The notes below the pieces were generated by a model that made no database searches, had not been told where the DNA came from, and worked only from the letters and a program-made list of their open reading frames with translations. From contig JBAWXN010000003.1 in assembly GCA_037144045.1 (NCBI GenBank), forward strand, positions 7,696-71,695: a stretch of DNA of 64,000 nt, written 5' to 3'. Both the position numbers and the translations under genes were made by a program. Shown piece after piece: positions 7,160 through 16,746 of the stretch; within the stretch, counting starts at the first letter, position 1, and each line of letters opens with the position of its first letter. This stretch comes from a bacterium (lineage in GTDB: Bacteria > Patescibacteriota > Minisyncoccia > Phycocordibacterales > UBA1006).

Positions 7160-10100
7160 ATGAACCCAAACCCAAACAAATCACTCAACGCACTCCAAGA
7201 AGAAGCACTGCTTCAATTTTGGCGTGACAACAATATTTTCCAAAAAACACTCGAGAAAAAACTAGAGCCTGGTGCTGATCAAGGTGAATATACGTTCTTC
7301 GAAGGTCCACCAACGGCAAATGGACGTCCAGGTATTCACCATGTCGCTGCGCGGTCGTTCAAAGATATTATTCCGCGGTATAAAACCATGCGTGGTTTTC
7401 GTGTGAATCGAAAAGCGGGTTGGGATACTCATGGGTTGCCGGTAGAGCTTCAAGTAGAAAAACAATTGGGACTCAAGTCTAAAAAAGAAATTGAAAACTA
7501 TGGAGTAGAACTATTCAATCAAAAGTGTCGCGAAAGTGTTTGGGAATATAAAGACGAATGGGAAAAGATTACCGAACGTATGGGATATTGGTTAGATATG
7601 GAACATCCATACGTAACCTATGATAATGGGTACATCGAAGCATTGTGGGCAACCGTAAAGCGCGCAAATGAACGGGGACATCTGTATAAGGATTTTAAAA
7701 TCCTTCCGTGGTGTACACGATGTGGAACGGCGCTTTCGTCACATGAACTCAATCAACCCGGTGCATACAAAGAAGTGAAAGACCTTTCCGTGTTTGCAAA
7801 ATTTCCTATTGTTGGCTTTGAAAAAGCATATTTCCTTGCATGGACTACAACTCCTTGGACGCTTCCAGGAAATGTAGCGCTTGCGGTAGGTGCTGATATC
7901 GACTATGTAGAAGCCAAAGTAGGTGGTGAAATTTTAGTACTCGCCAAAGAACTGACAAAAATACTCCCTGAAGGATTTGAAATTATTGCAGAACATAAAG
8001 GATCTGAAATGGTGGGGATGTATTACGAACCCCTGTTTCCATTTATGAAAAACTTGGTAAAAGATCAAGACGAAAAAATGGAAAAAGCGTATCAGGTATA
8101 TGCAGCTGATTTTGTTACTACTACTGACGGAACAGGAATTGTGCACACGGCAGTGATGTACGGAGCAGATGACTTTGAACTAGGAACTAATATCGGATTG
8201 CCAAAGTTCCACTTAGTGAACGAAGAAGGAAAATTCATTGATGGTTGTGATACTGATACCCTTAAATTATTAGGTCGCTACGTAAAAGAATCAGATGAGA
8301 AAGGCAAACCAACCCTTGCAGTAGATATTATCGATAGTCTCACCGCTCGAGGATTGTTGTTCAAGAAAGAAAATTACGTACACAGCTATCCGCATTGCTG
8401 GCGATGTGATACCCCGCTTATTTATTACGCGCGAGGATCATGGTATTTTGCAATGTCGAAATTACGACAGCAATTATTGGATGCTAACCAAAATATTCAT
8501 TGGGAGCCAGAACATATCAAGGAAGGTCGTTTCGGTGAATGGCTCGATGGTATTAAGGACTGGGCTATTTCACGTGATCGCTATTGGGGAACCCCTATTC
8601 CTGTATGGCAAACAGAAGACGGTCTTGAAAAAGTGGTCATTGGAGGAATTGAAGACTTGAAAACCTATACAAAAAAATCAGGTAATAATTTCTATGCGAT
8701 TCGTCACGGGCAAGCGCATAGTAATACCACGAATACCTGGGATTGCGGACGTGATCCAGAAAATCACCTTACCGACCTAGGGCATGAACAAGTACTTGCT
8801 GCAGCACAAGCGCTTAAAGAAAAAAAGGTGGATGTCATCATCGCATCACCATTTTTAAGAACTCAAGAAACTGCAGCGATAATTGCAAAGGAATTAGGAG
8901 TTAATGAAGCAGATATTGTTACTGATGAACGCCTTGCAGAATGGAACGTAGGAACAGAATTTGACCGCAAGTCACTCGATTATTTCTTCGATGTACGTAA
9001 TAAATCACATGATCGCTATTCGTTTGAATCCCATGAAGGGGAATCATTTGCAAATGTTATTAAACGAGTAGGGGAATGTGTCTATGAAACTGATGCGAAA
9101 TACGCAGGTAAAACAGTGTTATTTGTAGCGCATGGGTCATCGATCCGGGCCCTTGAAATTGTTGCAGAAGGGTTCACGTTTGAAAAAATGTTGAAACGAG
9201 AAGCGAAGCATTTGAATTATAAAAACGCCGAATTCCAAAAGATTGCATTTAGTCGATTGCCCCATAATCAAAACTATGAACTTGATTTCCATAAGCCGTA
9301 TATTGATCAAGTAGAACTTGAATTAAATGGTAAAAAAATCATGCGAACTCCGGAAGTAATGGATGTGTGGTTTGATTCAGGTGCGATGCCGTATGCGCAG
9401 CACCATGTCCTTGGTGAACCGATGGATTTCTCACCGACACCGGCAGATTATATTGCAGAAGGGGTAGATCAAACACGAGGATGGTTTTATACGATGCATG
9501 CGATTGCGAACATGATGAATGACATTCCGACGAATAACTACAAAAATGTTATTTGTATGGGGTTACTCCTTGATGCGAATGGACAAAAAATGTCTAAATC
9601 AAAGGGGAACGTGGTTGCCCCATGGGAGGTATTTGATAAGTATGGTGCAGACGTCGTACGGTTTTGGTTCTATTCAGTAAACCAGCCTGGTGAAGCAAAG
9701 AACTTTGATGAAAAATCATTAGATGAAGTAAACAAGAAAGTATTTAATATTTTGCGAAACGTGGTTTCGTTTTACGAGATATACAAGCCAGAAGAATTTC
9801 CTTGGGTAAATCCATTTGATAGTACTAATGTGCTTGATCAATGGATGCTTGCGAAACTTCAAAACTTATCACAAGTATTGGTTACGAATCTTGATACCTA
9901 CAAAGTTATGGAATCCGCGCGAGCCATCCGTGATTTTGTTACAGAATTATCTACGTGGTATGTGCGTCGCAGTCGTGATCGATTTAAATCACCTGATGAG
10001 GCTGATAAAAACTTTGCATTAGTTACTCTACAGTTTGTACTTGATAACCTTGCGCGATACATGGCACCATTTACACCATTTATTGCAGAAGAAATCTATC

Positions 10101-10630
10101 AAAAAGTTCGAGTACACAAATTCCAAGAATCAGTACATTTGGAAACGTGGCATACTTGGAATGATGAGTCACGATTTAGTGGAACCATAGAACCTATGGA
10201 TCAGGTACGCGAACTCGTAACGCTTGGGCTTGATGCACGTCAAAAGGTTAATATTAAAGTACGACAGCCGCTTGCAACACTAAGTATCTCATCTGAATAT
10301 AGAAACCTAGGAGTGGATTATTTAGATATCCTCAAAGAAGAACTTAATGTTAAAGAGGTAGTGATTGATGATAGTCTAGAAAAAGGTAAGGCTATCCTTG
10401 ATACTGAAATTACTCCAAAGCTTCAAGCAGAAGGGGATATGCGTGAAATCGTTCGCGCTATTCAGGAAATGCGTAAGGAGACTGATTTAGTACCAAGTGA
10501 TAAGGTTATTGTTTCATTAACCAGTGCACAGCCAGAATGGTTTAATGAACTTAAAAATGAATTACAAGGACTCGTTGGTGCACAAGACGTTGTGTGGCAA
10601 GCAGAATCCGATTCAGTAAAAAAGGTGTAA
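7160..10630 (+). CDS. ileS: isoleucyl-tRNA synthetase (type 2) carrying an inserted histidine-phosphatase (PGM-family) domain
   Basis: Class I signatures (NGRPGIHHV HIGH region, KMSKS = KMSKSKG) and a CP1 editing region. The IleRS-specific WCWRCDTP ... ISRDRYWGTPIPVW ... HKPYIDQVEL...TPEVMDVWFDSGAMP resembles Thermus-type IleRS. Between KKSG and EFQKIAF lies ~190 aa with RHG (AIRHGQAHSN) and second-His (VAHGSSIRAL) motifs of the histidine phosphatase superfamily. The ORF-track start at 7115 lies inside the T-box terminator, so the start is taken at ATG 7160 (MNPNPNK). Confidence 0.9.
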   Translation: MNPNPNKSLNALQEEALLQFWRDNNIFQKTLEKKLEPGADQGEYTFFEGPPTANGRPGIHHVAARSFKDIIPRYKTMRGFRVNRKAGWDTHGLPVELQVEKQLGLKSKKEIENYGVELFNQKCRESVWEYKDEWEKITERMGYWLDMEHPYVTYDNGYIEALWATVKRANERGHLYKDFKILPWCTRCGTALSSHELNQPGAYKEVKDLSVFAKFPIVGFEKAYFLAWTTTPWTLPGNVALAVGADIDYVEAKVGGEILVLAKELTKILPEGFEIIAEHKGSEMVGMYYEPLFPFMKNLVKDQDEKMEKAYQVYAADFVTTTDGTGIVHTAVMYGADDFELGTNIGLPKFHLVNEEGKFIDGCDTDTLKLLGRYVKESDEKGKPTLAVDIIDSLTARGLLFKKENYVHSYPHCWRCDTPLIYYARGSWYFAMSKLRQQLLDANQNIHWEPEHIKEGRFGEWLDGIKDWAISRDRYWGTPIPVWQTEDGLEKVVIGGIEDLKTYTKKSGNNFYAIRHGQAHSNTTNTWDCGRDPENHLTDLGHEQVLAAAQALKEKKVDVIIASPFLRTQETAAIIAKELGVNEADIVTDERLAEWNVGTEFDRKSLDYFFDVRNKSHDRYSFESHEGESFANVIKRVGECVYETDAKYAGKTVLFVAHGSSIRALEIVAEGFTFEKMLKREAKHLNYKNAEFQKIAFSRLPHNQNYELDFHKPYIDQVELELNGKKIMRTPEVMDVWFDSGAMPYAQHHVLGEPMDFSPTPADYIAEGVDQTRGWFYTMHAIANMMNDIPTNNYKNVICMGLLLDANGQKMSKSKGNVVAPWEVFDKYGADVVRFWFYSVNQPGEAKNFDEKSLDEVNKKVFNILRNVVSFYEIYKPEEFPWVNPFDSTNVLDQWMLAKLQNLSQVLVTNLDTYKVMESARAIRDFVTELSTWYVRRSRDRFKSPDEADKNFALVTLQFVLDNLARYMAPFTPFIAEEIYQKVRVHKFQESVHLETWHTWNDESRFSGTIEPMDQVRELVTLGLDARQKVNIKVRQPLATLSISSEYRNLGVDYLDILKEELNVKEVVIDDSLEKGKAILDTEITPKLQAEGDMREIVRAIQEMRKETDLVPSDKVIVSLTSAQPEWFNELKNELQGLVGAQDVVWQAESDSVKKV

Positions 10631-10636
10631 CACAAA

Positions 10637-10662
10637 GGCTCCCGTGAGGGAGTTTTTGTTTT
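10637..10662 (+). terminator. intrinsic terminator after ileS
   Basis: GGCTCCC-gtga-GGGAGTT followed by TTTTGTTTT. Confidence 0.65.
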
Positions 10663-10782
10663 ACTTGAATGTGGTATACTCAAATTACTATGTTACTCAC
10701 CAATACCATTTGTACATGGTCTGGTTTCACCTCGAACTTGTAAAACAAGCCTTTTTACTCGTTTATCTTATTTAAAAAATTT

Positions 10783-11730
10783 ATGAATATTCAAAAAATC
10801 TATCTTCGAGATATTGTTTTTAGTGGACTTCATGGTGCGACTGGTATCGAATTAGAAGTTGCTCAGCGTTTTCAAGTAGACGTAACTATTACGTTTAACG
10901 CACTTCCTTCGATTCGTTCTGAAAAATTAGAAGACACGATCGATTATTTCGATGTTATTAGATGCGTTCGTAGTCACATCGAAAATAATTATCGTAAACA
11001 TATACTCCTTGAAACATTAGTAGATGAAATTACCGATGATATTGCGCGAACATTTCCGTGTCACAAGATACGGTTAACCATTCAAAAACTAGACGTACCG
11101 TTTAAGCCACAAATTGGCACTACAAAAAACTACTTTACTGGTGCCCGTGTTCCAATAAGTTCATTTGAATACATTCACCAACAATTGGTTACTCAAGGAG
11201 CGGTGAGTATTCCATTCCTGACTCATGAAGAACGGGGAAGGCTTGTTGATGAAGCGAAAAAACTTGAATATATAAAACAACCAGAGCAAGCATTTGGAGG
11301 AATTGTCCGTGAAGAAGTTTCATCATGTTCAGTAAAAGACGAAGGAACGCCATTCTTTGAAATTGCAGATCGGGTAGCGCGATTCGTTACAGAATTATAT
11401 GCGGTAACTCATCAAGGTGTTCCTCGATTTCCAAAACCGCATGTAGCCCTTCAGAAATACGATGCAGGATCGATCGGGATTACCCCTCATCGTGACGAGA
11501 AAAAATACGGGTTAGCCATTGCCATCATACCTCTTATTGGGAAAGGTGATTTATCAATTTGTGATGATCGTGCAGGAACTAATCCAAAAAAACAGGATAC
11601 CACACCGGGAAATTTGATACTCCTTCGTGCTCCTGGATATGCGGGTATGCATGTCAGACCAATGCACGTTGTAAATAATATTTTGGAAGAACGTATTGTC
11701 CTTGGGGTGCGATTTCCAACTAACGAATAG
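10783..11730 (+). CDS. folB: dihydroneopterin aldolase (FolB) fused to a C-terminal ~190-aa domain of unknown function (possible HxD...H double-stranded beta-helix)
   Basis: The N-terminal 120 aa (IYLRDIVFSGLHGATGIELEVAQRFQVDVTI...DYFDVIR...LLETLVDEI) match the FolB/DHNA fold. The C-terminal part contains HRDE...MHVRPMH, reminiscent of the 2OG-Fe(II) oxygenase / cupin metal triad. Confidence 0.6.
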   Translation: MNIQKIYLRDIVFSGLHGATGIELEVAQRFQVDVTITFNALPSIRSEKLEDTIDYFDVIRCVRSHIENNYRKHILLETLVDEITDDIARTFPCHKIRLTIQKLDVPFKPQIGTTKNYFTGARVPISSFEYIHQQLVTQGAVSIPFLTHEERGRLVDEAKKLEYIKQPEQAFGGIVREEVSSCSVKDEGTPFFEIADRVARFVTELYAVTHQGVPRFPKPHVALQKYDAGSIGITPHRDEKKYGLAIAIIPLIGKGDLSICDDRAGTNPKKQDTTPGNLILLRAPGYAGMHVRPMHVVNNILEERIVLGVRFPTNE

Positions 11731-11731
11731 T

Positions 11732-13006
11732 ATGAATAAGCATGCAGTGTATTTATCATTAGGGAGCAATATGGGTAATCGACTGGGTTACATCCATGAA
11801 GCATTGCGACACCTTAAGCAAGGTATGATTGTAGATCAGGTATCATTTCTCTATCAAACAGACCCTGTAGGATTTACTGATCAAGATGCGTTCTTGAATT
11901 GCGTATGTAAATGCAGTACTGATAAACAACCTAATGAGCTTCTGAAATTACTTGAAATGATCATGGCTACTATGGGCCGGGTTCGTGCGATAAAATGGGG
12001 GCCAAGGATTATTGATATAGATATTTTGTTGTACGACGATCTAGTAGTTACCACTGAATTGCTAACTATTCCACATCCACGTATGCATGAACGCGCTTTT
12101 GTGCTTGAACCGCTGTGTGATATTAATTCTGTTATGATTCATCCAGGCTATGGTAAAACAGTGCGCGAATTGTTGGATAGTCTCAATGAATTACCACTTC
12201 AGAAAGTTTCACAAATAGGCAATAAGATATTTGAGTGGGGGAAGCGAACGCATGTATTAGGAATTGTGAACGCAACCCCTGATTCGTTTTCAGGTGATGG
12301 CATTATGCATAAAACAGAGGATGAATGGGTTCAGGGTGCACAGCAATTAGTTTTGGATGGAGCCGATTGTTTGGATATTGGTGCTATGTCGACTAGACCA
12401 GGACACGATTTGATTTCTGAAGATGAAGAACTAAGGAGGCTTATTCCAGTACTTCGAGCCATAAGACCACATGTGACTACTCCAATTTCAGTAGACACGT
12501 TTAGGCCATCTGTTGCGCGGGCTGCTATTAATGCAGGTGCTGACATGATTAATAGTATCTGGGGTGCAGAATACGATCCAGGTATCCTTGATGTGGTTAT
12601 AGAAAAAGAAGTTGCGCTAGTGCTTACTGTTAACAGATCAGTAACTGATTATTATTCAAGTGAAAAAACCTTGATGCAAATGATTCAGGATGCGCAAACT
12701 GCTGGTATATATCCTTGGAATATTATCGTTGATCCAGGAATTGGATTCGTACAACACACGGAAGACAACTATGAAATTATAAAAAATATTCCAGCTATTG
12801 CTGCATATGGTTACCCGGTATTAGTTGGAGCATCACGTAAAAAATTTATAAGGCAGATTGCGGGTACTACTGATAATAACGCATTAGTAATTCCTAATGT
12901 TGTTGCGCACGTTATCATGGCACGTGCTGGGGCAACAATGGTTCGGGTCCATGACGTGGCTGCTGTAGTTGATGGGTTGCGTATATCTGATACACTAGGG
13001 ATATGA
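11732..13006 (+). CDS. folKP: bifunctional HPPK-dihydropteroate synthase (FolK-FolP fusion)
   Basis: N-terminal AVYLSLGSNMGNR...WGPRIIDIDILLYDD...HPRMHERAFVLEPL is the HPPK signature. C-terminal GIVNATPDSFSGDG...DIGAMSTRPG...VGASRKKFI matches the pterin-binding DHPS domain. Start taken at ATG 11732, just after the folB stop. Confidence 0.85.
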   Translation: MNKHAVYLSLGSNMGNRLGYIHEALRHLKQGMIVDQVSFLYQTDPVGFTDQDAFLNCVCKCSTDKQPNELLKLLEMIMATMGRVRAIKWGPRIIDIDILLYDDLVVTTELLTIPHPRMHERAFVLEPLCDINSVMIHPGYGKTVRELLDSLNELPLQKVSQIGNKIFEWGKRTHVLGIVNATPDSFSGDGIMHKTEDEWVQGAQQLVLDGADCLDIGAMSTRPGHDLISEDEELRRLIPVLRAIRPHVTTPISVDTFRPSVARAAINAGADMINSIWGAEYDPGILDVVIEKEVALVLTVNRSVTDYYSSEKTLMQMIQDAQTAGIYPWNIIVDPGIGFVQHTEDNYEIIKNIPAIAAYGYPVLVGASRKKFIRQIAGTTDNNALVIPNVVAHVIMARAGATMVRVHDVAAVVDGLRISDTLGI

Positions 13007-13524
13007 AAAAAATCATCGGCTTGATAGTTCTTATTATTCTTGGTGGTGCGGGATACATGATTTATCGTGCCAACGCATCAGCGATTCCGTCAGATCCAGT
13101 ATTGGCGTATCAAAAAATAACAGGACTCCCTGCTGGTGATCAGGCAAAGGCGTTTCAAAAAGCGTGGACGTCTTGGGTTCAAGACCCAACGAGTATTATT
13201 CCGTATCCAAAAGGTTGGCGTAAAACATCTATTACGGTAGGGAAAGACACCTTTGATGTTATAACTCCTGATACTACAGAACCACCACAATATTACGTAT
13301 CAACCGCGTTCCCTAAAAAGCTTATTAAAAAAGTAACTATTGCGCGGTGCCTCAATCTTGATCCTAAAAAAATCACTGACTGGTGTGTGGTAGGTGATAA
13401 CCCTCAAGTAAATGCTTATTTTAAAATGGTTGAATGGGTGAAGAAGAATTCCTTACTAAATGGTGAGAATTTACTCGATGGAATAACACCTAAAATGAAT
13501 ATTCAAATTCCCAATACCCACTAG
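13003..13524 (+). CDS. hypothetical membrane-anchored/secreted protein
   Basis: 173 aa with N-terminal hydrophobic segment KKIIGLIVLIILGGAGYMIY. ATGA overlap with the folKP stop. Confidence 0.45.
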   Translation: MKKIIGLIVLIILGGAGYMIYRANASAIPSDPVLAYQKITGLPAGDQAKAFQKAWTSWVQDPTSIIPYPKGWRKTSITVGKDTFDVITPDTTEPPQYYVSTAFPKKLIKKVTIARCLNLDPKKITDWCVVGDNPQVNAYFKMVEWVKKNSLLNGENLLDGITPKMNIQIPNTH

Positions 13525-13547
13525 GGTATTTTTGGTATACTGTAATC

Positions 13548-14120
13548 ATGTCGTACGCAATCTATAAAACCGAAGCAATTATTTTAAGGCTTATTCCAGT
13601 AGGTGAGGCAAATATGGATGTGGTAGTGTTTACTCAATTATTTGGGAAAATAACAGTTCGTGCCCAATCAGTGCGTAAGCAAGAATCAACCATGCGTATG
13701 TTTTTAACGCGGTTTCGGGTAGTAACGATTGATGTGGTTCGCGGAAAATCAGTATGGCGACTTACTGGAATATCGAGCACGGTGCCGCAAACCCTGTTTC
13801 AAGAAGAAGTCCTCCTGCAGTCCAGTTACCGCATGTTTCGTCTTGCTGAATTTCTTGTTCAAGGAGAATTGCCGCATCCTGAGTTATTCGCGTTTTTTAA
13901 AAAAGTCGTAACGCTATCACGGACAGAAATTCCACAATCACCAAAAGGGTTTGAAATTTTTTGTATCATCTCTATCCTTGAACATTTAGGATACTGGAGC
14001 GGTTCGTGGTTGCGGGGTGAATTATCACAAGAACGGTACGCATCGTGTTACACACAACGCGCAGAACTGGTTAAAAAAATAAACGAAAGTATTTCAGCGA
14101 GTCAGATTATGATATACTAA
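13548..14120 (+). CDS. recO: RecO-like DNA repair protein (short form)
   Basis: N-terminal AIYKTEAIILRLIPVGEANMDVVVFTQLFGKITVRAQSVRK resembles the RecO N-terminal OB-fold consensus. 190 aa is shorter than typical RecO. Confidence 0.4.
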   Translation: MSYAIYKTEAIILRLIPVGEANMDVVVFTQLFGKITVRAQSVRKQESTMRMFLTRFRVVTIDVVRGKSVWRLTGISSTVPQTLFQEEVLLQSSYRMFRLAEFLVQGELPHPELFAFFKKVVTLSRTEIPQSPKGFEIFCIISILEHLGYWSGSWLRGELSQERYASCYTQRAELVKKINESISASQIMIY

Positions 14121-14126
14121 CTTTAT

Positions 14127-16037
14127 ATGATCGATGATGAACACAGTAACTTACGGAAAGTTGCCCGGGAATTATATACTACTGACATTAAGCCGCCTAC
14201 GCGGCGTTCTGTGCTTCATGAAGAAAAGGTGGTTTCAACAGATGATTGGAAAAGTGGTGGTATTATTAACTCACCAACGGTTACTATGCAAAAACCCGTG
14301 AAAACAACTTCATTTTTTAGAAACATCTTTCTCGCCTCGCTTTGTTTTTTGGTGATAGCAATAATTGTACTAGGTGCGAGTTTTATAAATGGAGGAAATA
14401 CTATTTCAGAAAACAATGTAGATATCGCAATTACTACAAAAACATTCGTTGATGGTGGTGAATCATTACCAGTTGAAGTTACTCTGGTAAATAAAAACAA
14501 GCTTGGATTAGAGCTTGCAACATTGGTTCTTGAATATCCTCAAGGGAGTGATGATAATTCGGGGACGATGGGGCGTATTGAACGTGAAATTGGAAGCCTT
14601 GCAGCAGGTGCCAGTCGACAAGAATCTTTTGTAGTTCAATTATACGGTACGCAAAATTCACAGCGAAATATTACGGCTCGCATCGAATTCCGGGTTCAAG
14701 GATCAAACGCGGTCTATGATAAAGACCAGTCAACGGTAGTAACCATTAGAACTTCGCCAATTACCATTACCCTTACTGCTCCTGATAAGGCAATTCCTAA
14801 TCAGGAAATCCCCCTTAAATTTACTATTATTGGAAATGGAACTGCGACACTTCCTAATACCGCAATGGTGTTGCAATACCCTGACGGATTTACGTTTGCT
14901 CGCGCAGAACCTTCGCCAACATTTGGAAGTACGGTTTGGTTTTTAGGTGATGTGCCACCCGGGGTAAATAGAACTATTACGGTGTATGGAAGTCTCGCGG
15001 GAAGTATTACCGATTTGAAAACCATTCGGGCGTCAGTTGGATCGCAAAATGCAAGTAATGAACAATTACTCGACACAACCTATAATGCACTGGCTCAAGT
15101 GATTCCGTTATCAAACGCATTCCTCGATGCATCTATTGCCGTTGCTAATCAGACCGGTACTACTATTCCTATTGCAAGTAACCAGCAAGTACGCGTGCGC
15201 ATCCCATTCAAGAACACGTTGTCGGTTCCACTTACTAATGTGCAATTAGCTGTTTCTTTATCAGGTTCTGCGTATGATCCAAGTCTTGTAGAGCCTATTA
15301 GTGGATTCTTCGATTCAGTAAATAATAAAATCCTGTGGACCAAACAACAGGATCCATCACTTGATGCTATTAATCCTGGTGAAACAGGGGATGTCACGTT
15401 CTCGATTCGACCACGAGTCCTTACTGGGACGAGTGCAGCAACGAATCCGGTAATCAAAGTTTCACTTGATGTATTAGGGTACCAAGCAGGTGGTGCGAAG
15501 CTTACTGCAGAAGGAATCGATACGAAAACATTTACGGTGAATTCTGATTTAACACTTCTTGCACGAACAATTCATTATACGGGAGCTTTGCAGAACACGG
15601 GACCAATGCCACCAATTCCTAACAAGGAAACAACGTATACCCTTGAGTTTAAAATCACTAATACCCGTAATCGAGTAACCGATGCTGTGGTTACTACAAC
15701 GCTACCGACGTATGTTACGTGGAAAAATGTTATGTTGCCTCAGGCAGAAACAAATAATGTTTCTTATAATGAAGTAACGCGCCAGTTGATTTGGAACGTC
15801 GGCGATGTTCCGGCGGGTACAGGATCGACAACAGGACCGCGAATGCTGTCGCTTAAGATTGGAATCACTCCTTCGACCCAACAATCGGGTGGAGTACCAC
15901 TGCTTACTGATTCGATTGTGTTAACGGGTAAAGACGCCTTCACAAACCAAGACCTTACCATTACTAAATTACCACTCAGTACTCAACTATTGAACGATGG
16001 TAAAGGAGCTGGGGTAGATGGTGCGGTTGGACGTTAA
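14127..16037 (+). CDS. large single-pass membrane protein with repeated beta-rich extracytoplasmic domains (DUF11/CARDB-like)
   Basis: 636 aa with a TM segment near aa 65-88 (FFRNIFLASLCFLVIAIIVLGASFI), followed by repetitive T/S/V/N-rich segments. Confidence 0.5.
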   Translation: MIDDEHSNLRKVARELYTTDIKPPTRRSVLHEEKVVSTDDWKSGGIINSPTVTMQKPVKTTSFFRNIFLASLCFLVIAIIVLGASFINGGNTISENNVDIAITTKTFVDGGESLPVEVTLVNKNKLGLELATLVLEYPQGSDDNSGTMGRIEREIGSLAAGASRQESFVVQLYGTQNSQRNITARIEFRVQGSNAVYDKDQSTVVTIRTSPITITLTAPDKAIPNQEIPLKFTIIGNGTATLPNTAMVLQYPDGFTFARAEPSPTFGSTVWFLGDVPPGVNRTITVYGSLAGSITDLKTIRASVGSQNASNEQLLDTTYNALAQVIPLSNAFLDASIAVANQTGTTIPIASNQQVRVRIPFKNTLSVPLTNVQLAVSLSGSAYDPSLVEPISGFFDSVNNKILWTKQQDPSLDAINPGETGDVTFSIRPRVLTGTSAATNPVIKVSLDVLGYQAGGAKLTAEGIDTKTFTVNSDLTLLARTIHYTGALQNTGPMPPIPNKETTYTLEFKITNTRNRVTDAVVTTTLPTYVTWKNVMLPQAETNNVSYNEVTRQLIWNVGDVPAGTGSTTGPRMLSLKIGITPSTQQSGGVPLLTDSIVLTGKDAFTNQDLTITKLPLSTQLLNDGKGAGVDGAVGR

Positions 16038-16043
16038 TAAAAA

Positions 16044-16067
16044 ATCACTACGCAAGTAGTGGTTTTT
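16044..16067 (+). terminator. intrinsic terminator
   Basis: ATCACTACG-caa-GTAGTGG + TTTTT. Confidence 0.6.
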
Positions 16068-16070
16068 AAT

Positions 16071-16100
16071 ATAAAAATATCCCACTGCATGTGCAGTGGG
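16071..16100 (-). terminator. intrinsic terminator for the minus-strand gene 16107-16595
   Basis: CCCACTGCA-tg-TGCAGTGGG hairpin with a T-run on the minus strand (ATATTTTTAT). Confidence 0.55.
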
Positions 16101-16106
16101 AATAGA

Positions 16107-16595
16107 TTAATTATTACAGGGATCGAAAACCTTTTCAGGTTCCTTGTTAATGGGAAGTCCTGATGCCTCAATATCAGCTTTAAGTTGATAAAACTGACCG
16201 AGGGTTATTTTAGTCTCTTCTTTAAGGTGCTCAAGGAGGCTGAACCCTTCTTCTTGAGATTCGAATCGAGGAATGATCCAGTCTTTATAGAAGATGCCTG
16301 CATGTTGTCCGCAACCTTTACACACTACTATTTTGGGTTCGGGGTAGTCATTACTAGATACGATTTGCATATGGGCTAGGATTTGTGCGGTATTAAACGC
16401 GCTAGCCGATTCTGCGATGTGAGTAATAGTTACCGGTTTATCGTCTATGTCATAAGGAACAACGAGTGGCACCTGGCACGGCGCAAGTTCTTGATGAAGT
16501 TGAGTAAACTGTTTATTGGTAATTTTTTTTAGAAACAAGGAGTCGTACGAGGATGCGTAATCCTCCCATAAGGCTGAAGAAGCGGTGCTCCTCAA
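16107..16595 (-). CDS. hypothetical protein
   Basis: 162-aa ORF flanked by terminator hairpins. No recognisable motif. Confidence 0.45.
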   Translation of the reverse strand: MRSTASSALWEDYASSYDSLFLKKITNKQFTQLHQELAPCQVPLVVPYDIDDKPVTITHIAESASAFNTAQILAHMQIVSSNDYPEPKIVVCKGCGQHAGIFYKDWIIPRFESQEEGFSLLEHLKEETKITLGQFYQLKADIEASGLPINKEPEKVFDPCNN

Positions 16596-16746
16596 TAGTA
16601 TTTTCGTGTAAGAATGAGTGCTTGCCGTTCTCTATTTGAATCGTGTACATGAGCTAATATTTGTTTAAAATAAAATCATTGTTTATATAAAAGTCAAATT
16701 ATAGCCCACTGCAAAAACACGCATTTTATGCTATAGTAAAAAAACT

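Noticed and set aside
8689-9255. Intein in IleS
   Set aside because: The insert lacks intein splicing motifs (no N-terminal Cys/Ser after the junction, no terminal HN + Cys/Ser/Thr). It carries histidine-phosphatase RHG/HG motifs instead, and the flanks are not contiguous extein blocks split at a conserved nucleophile.
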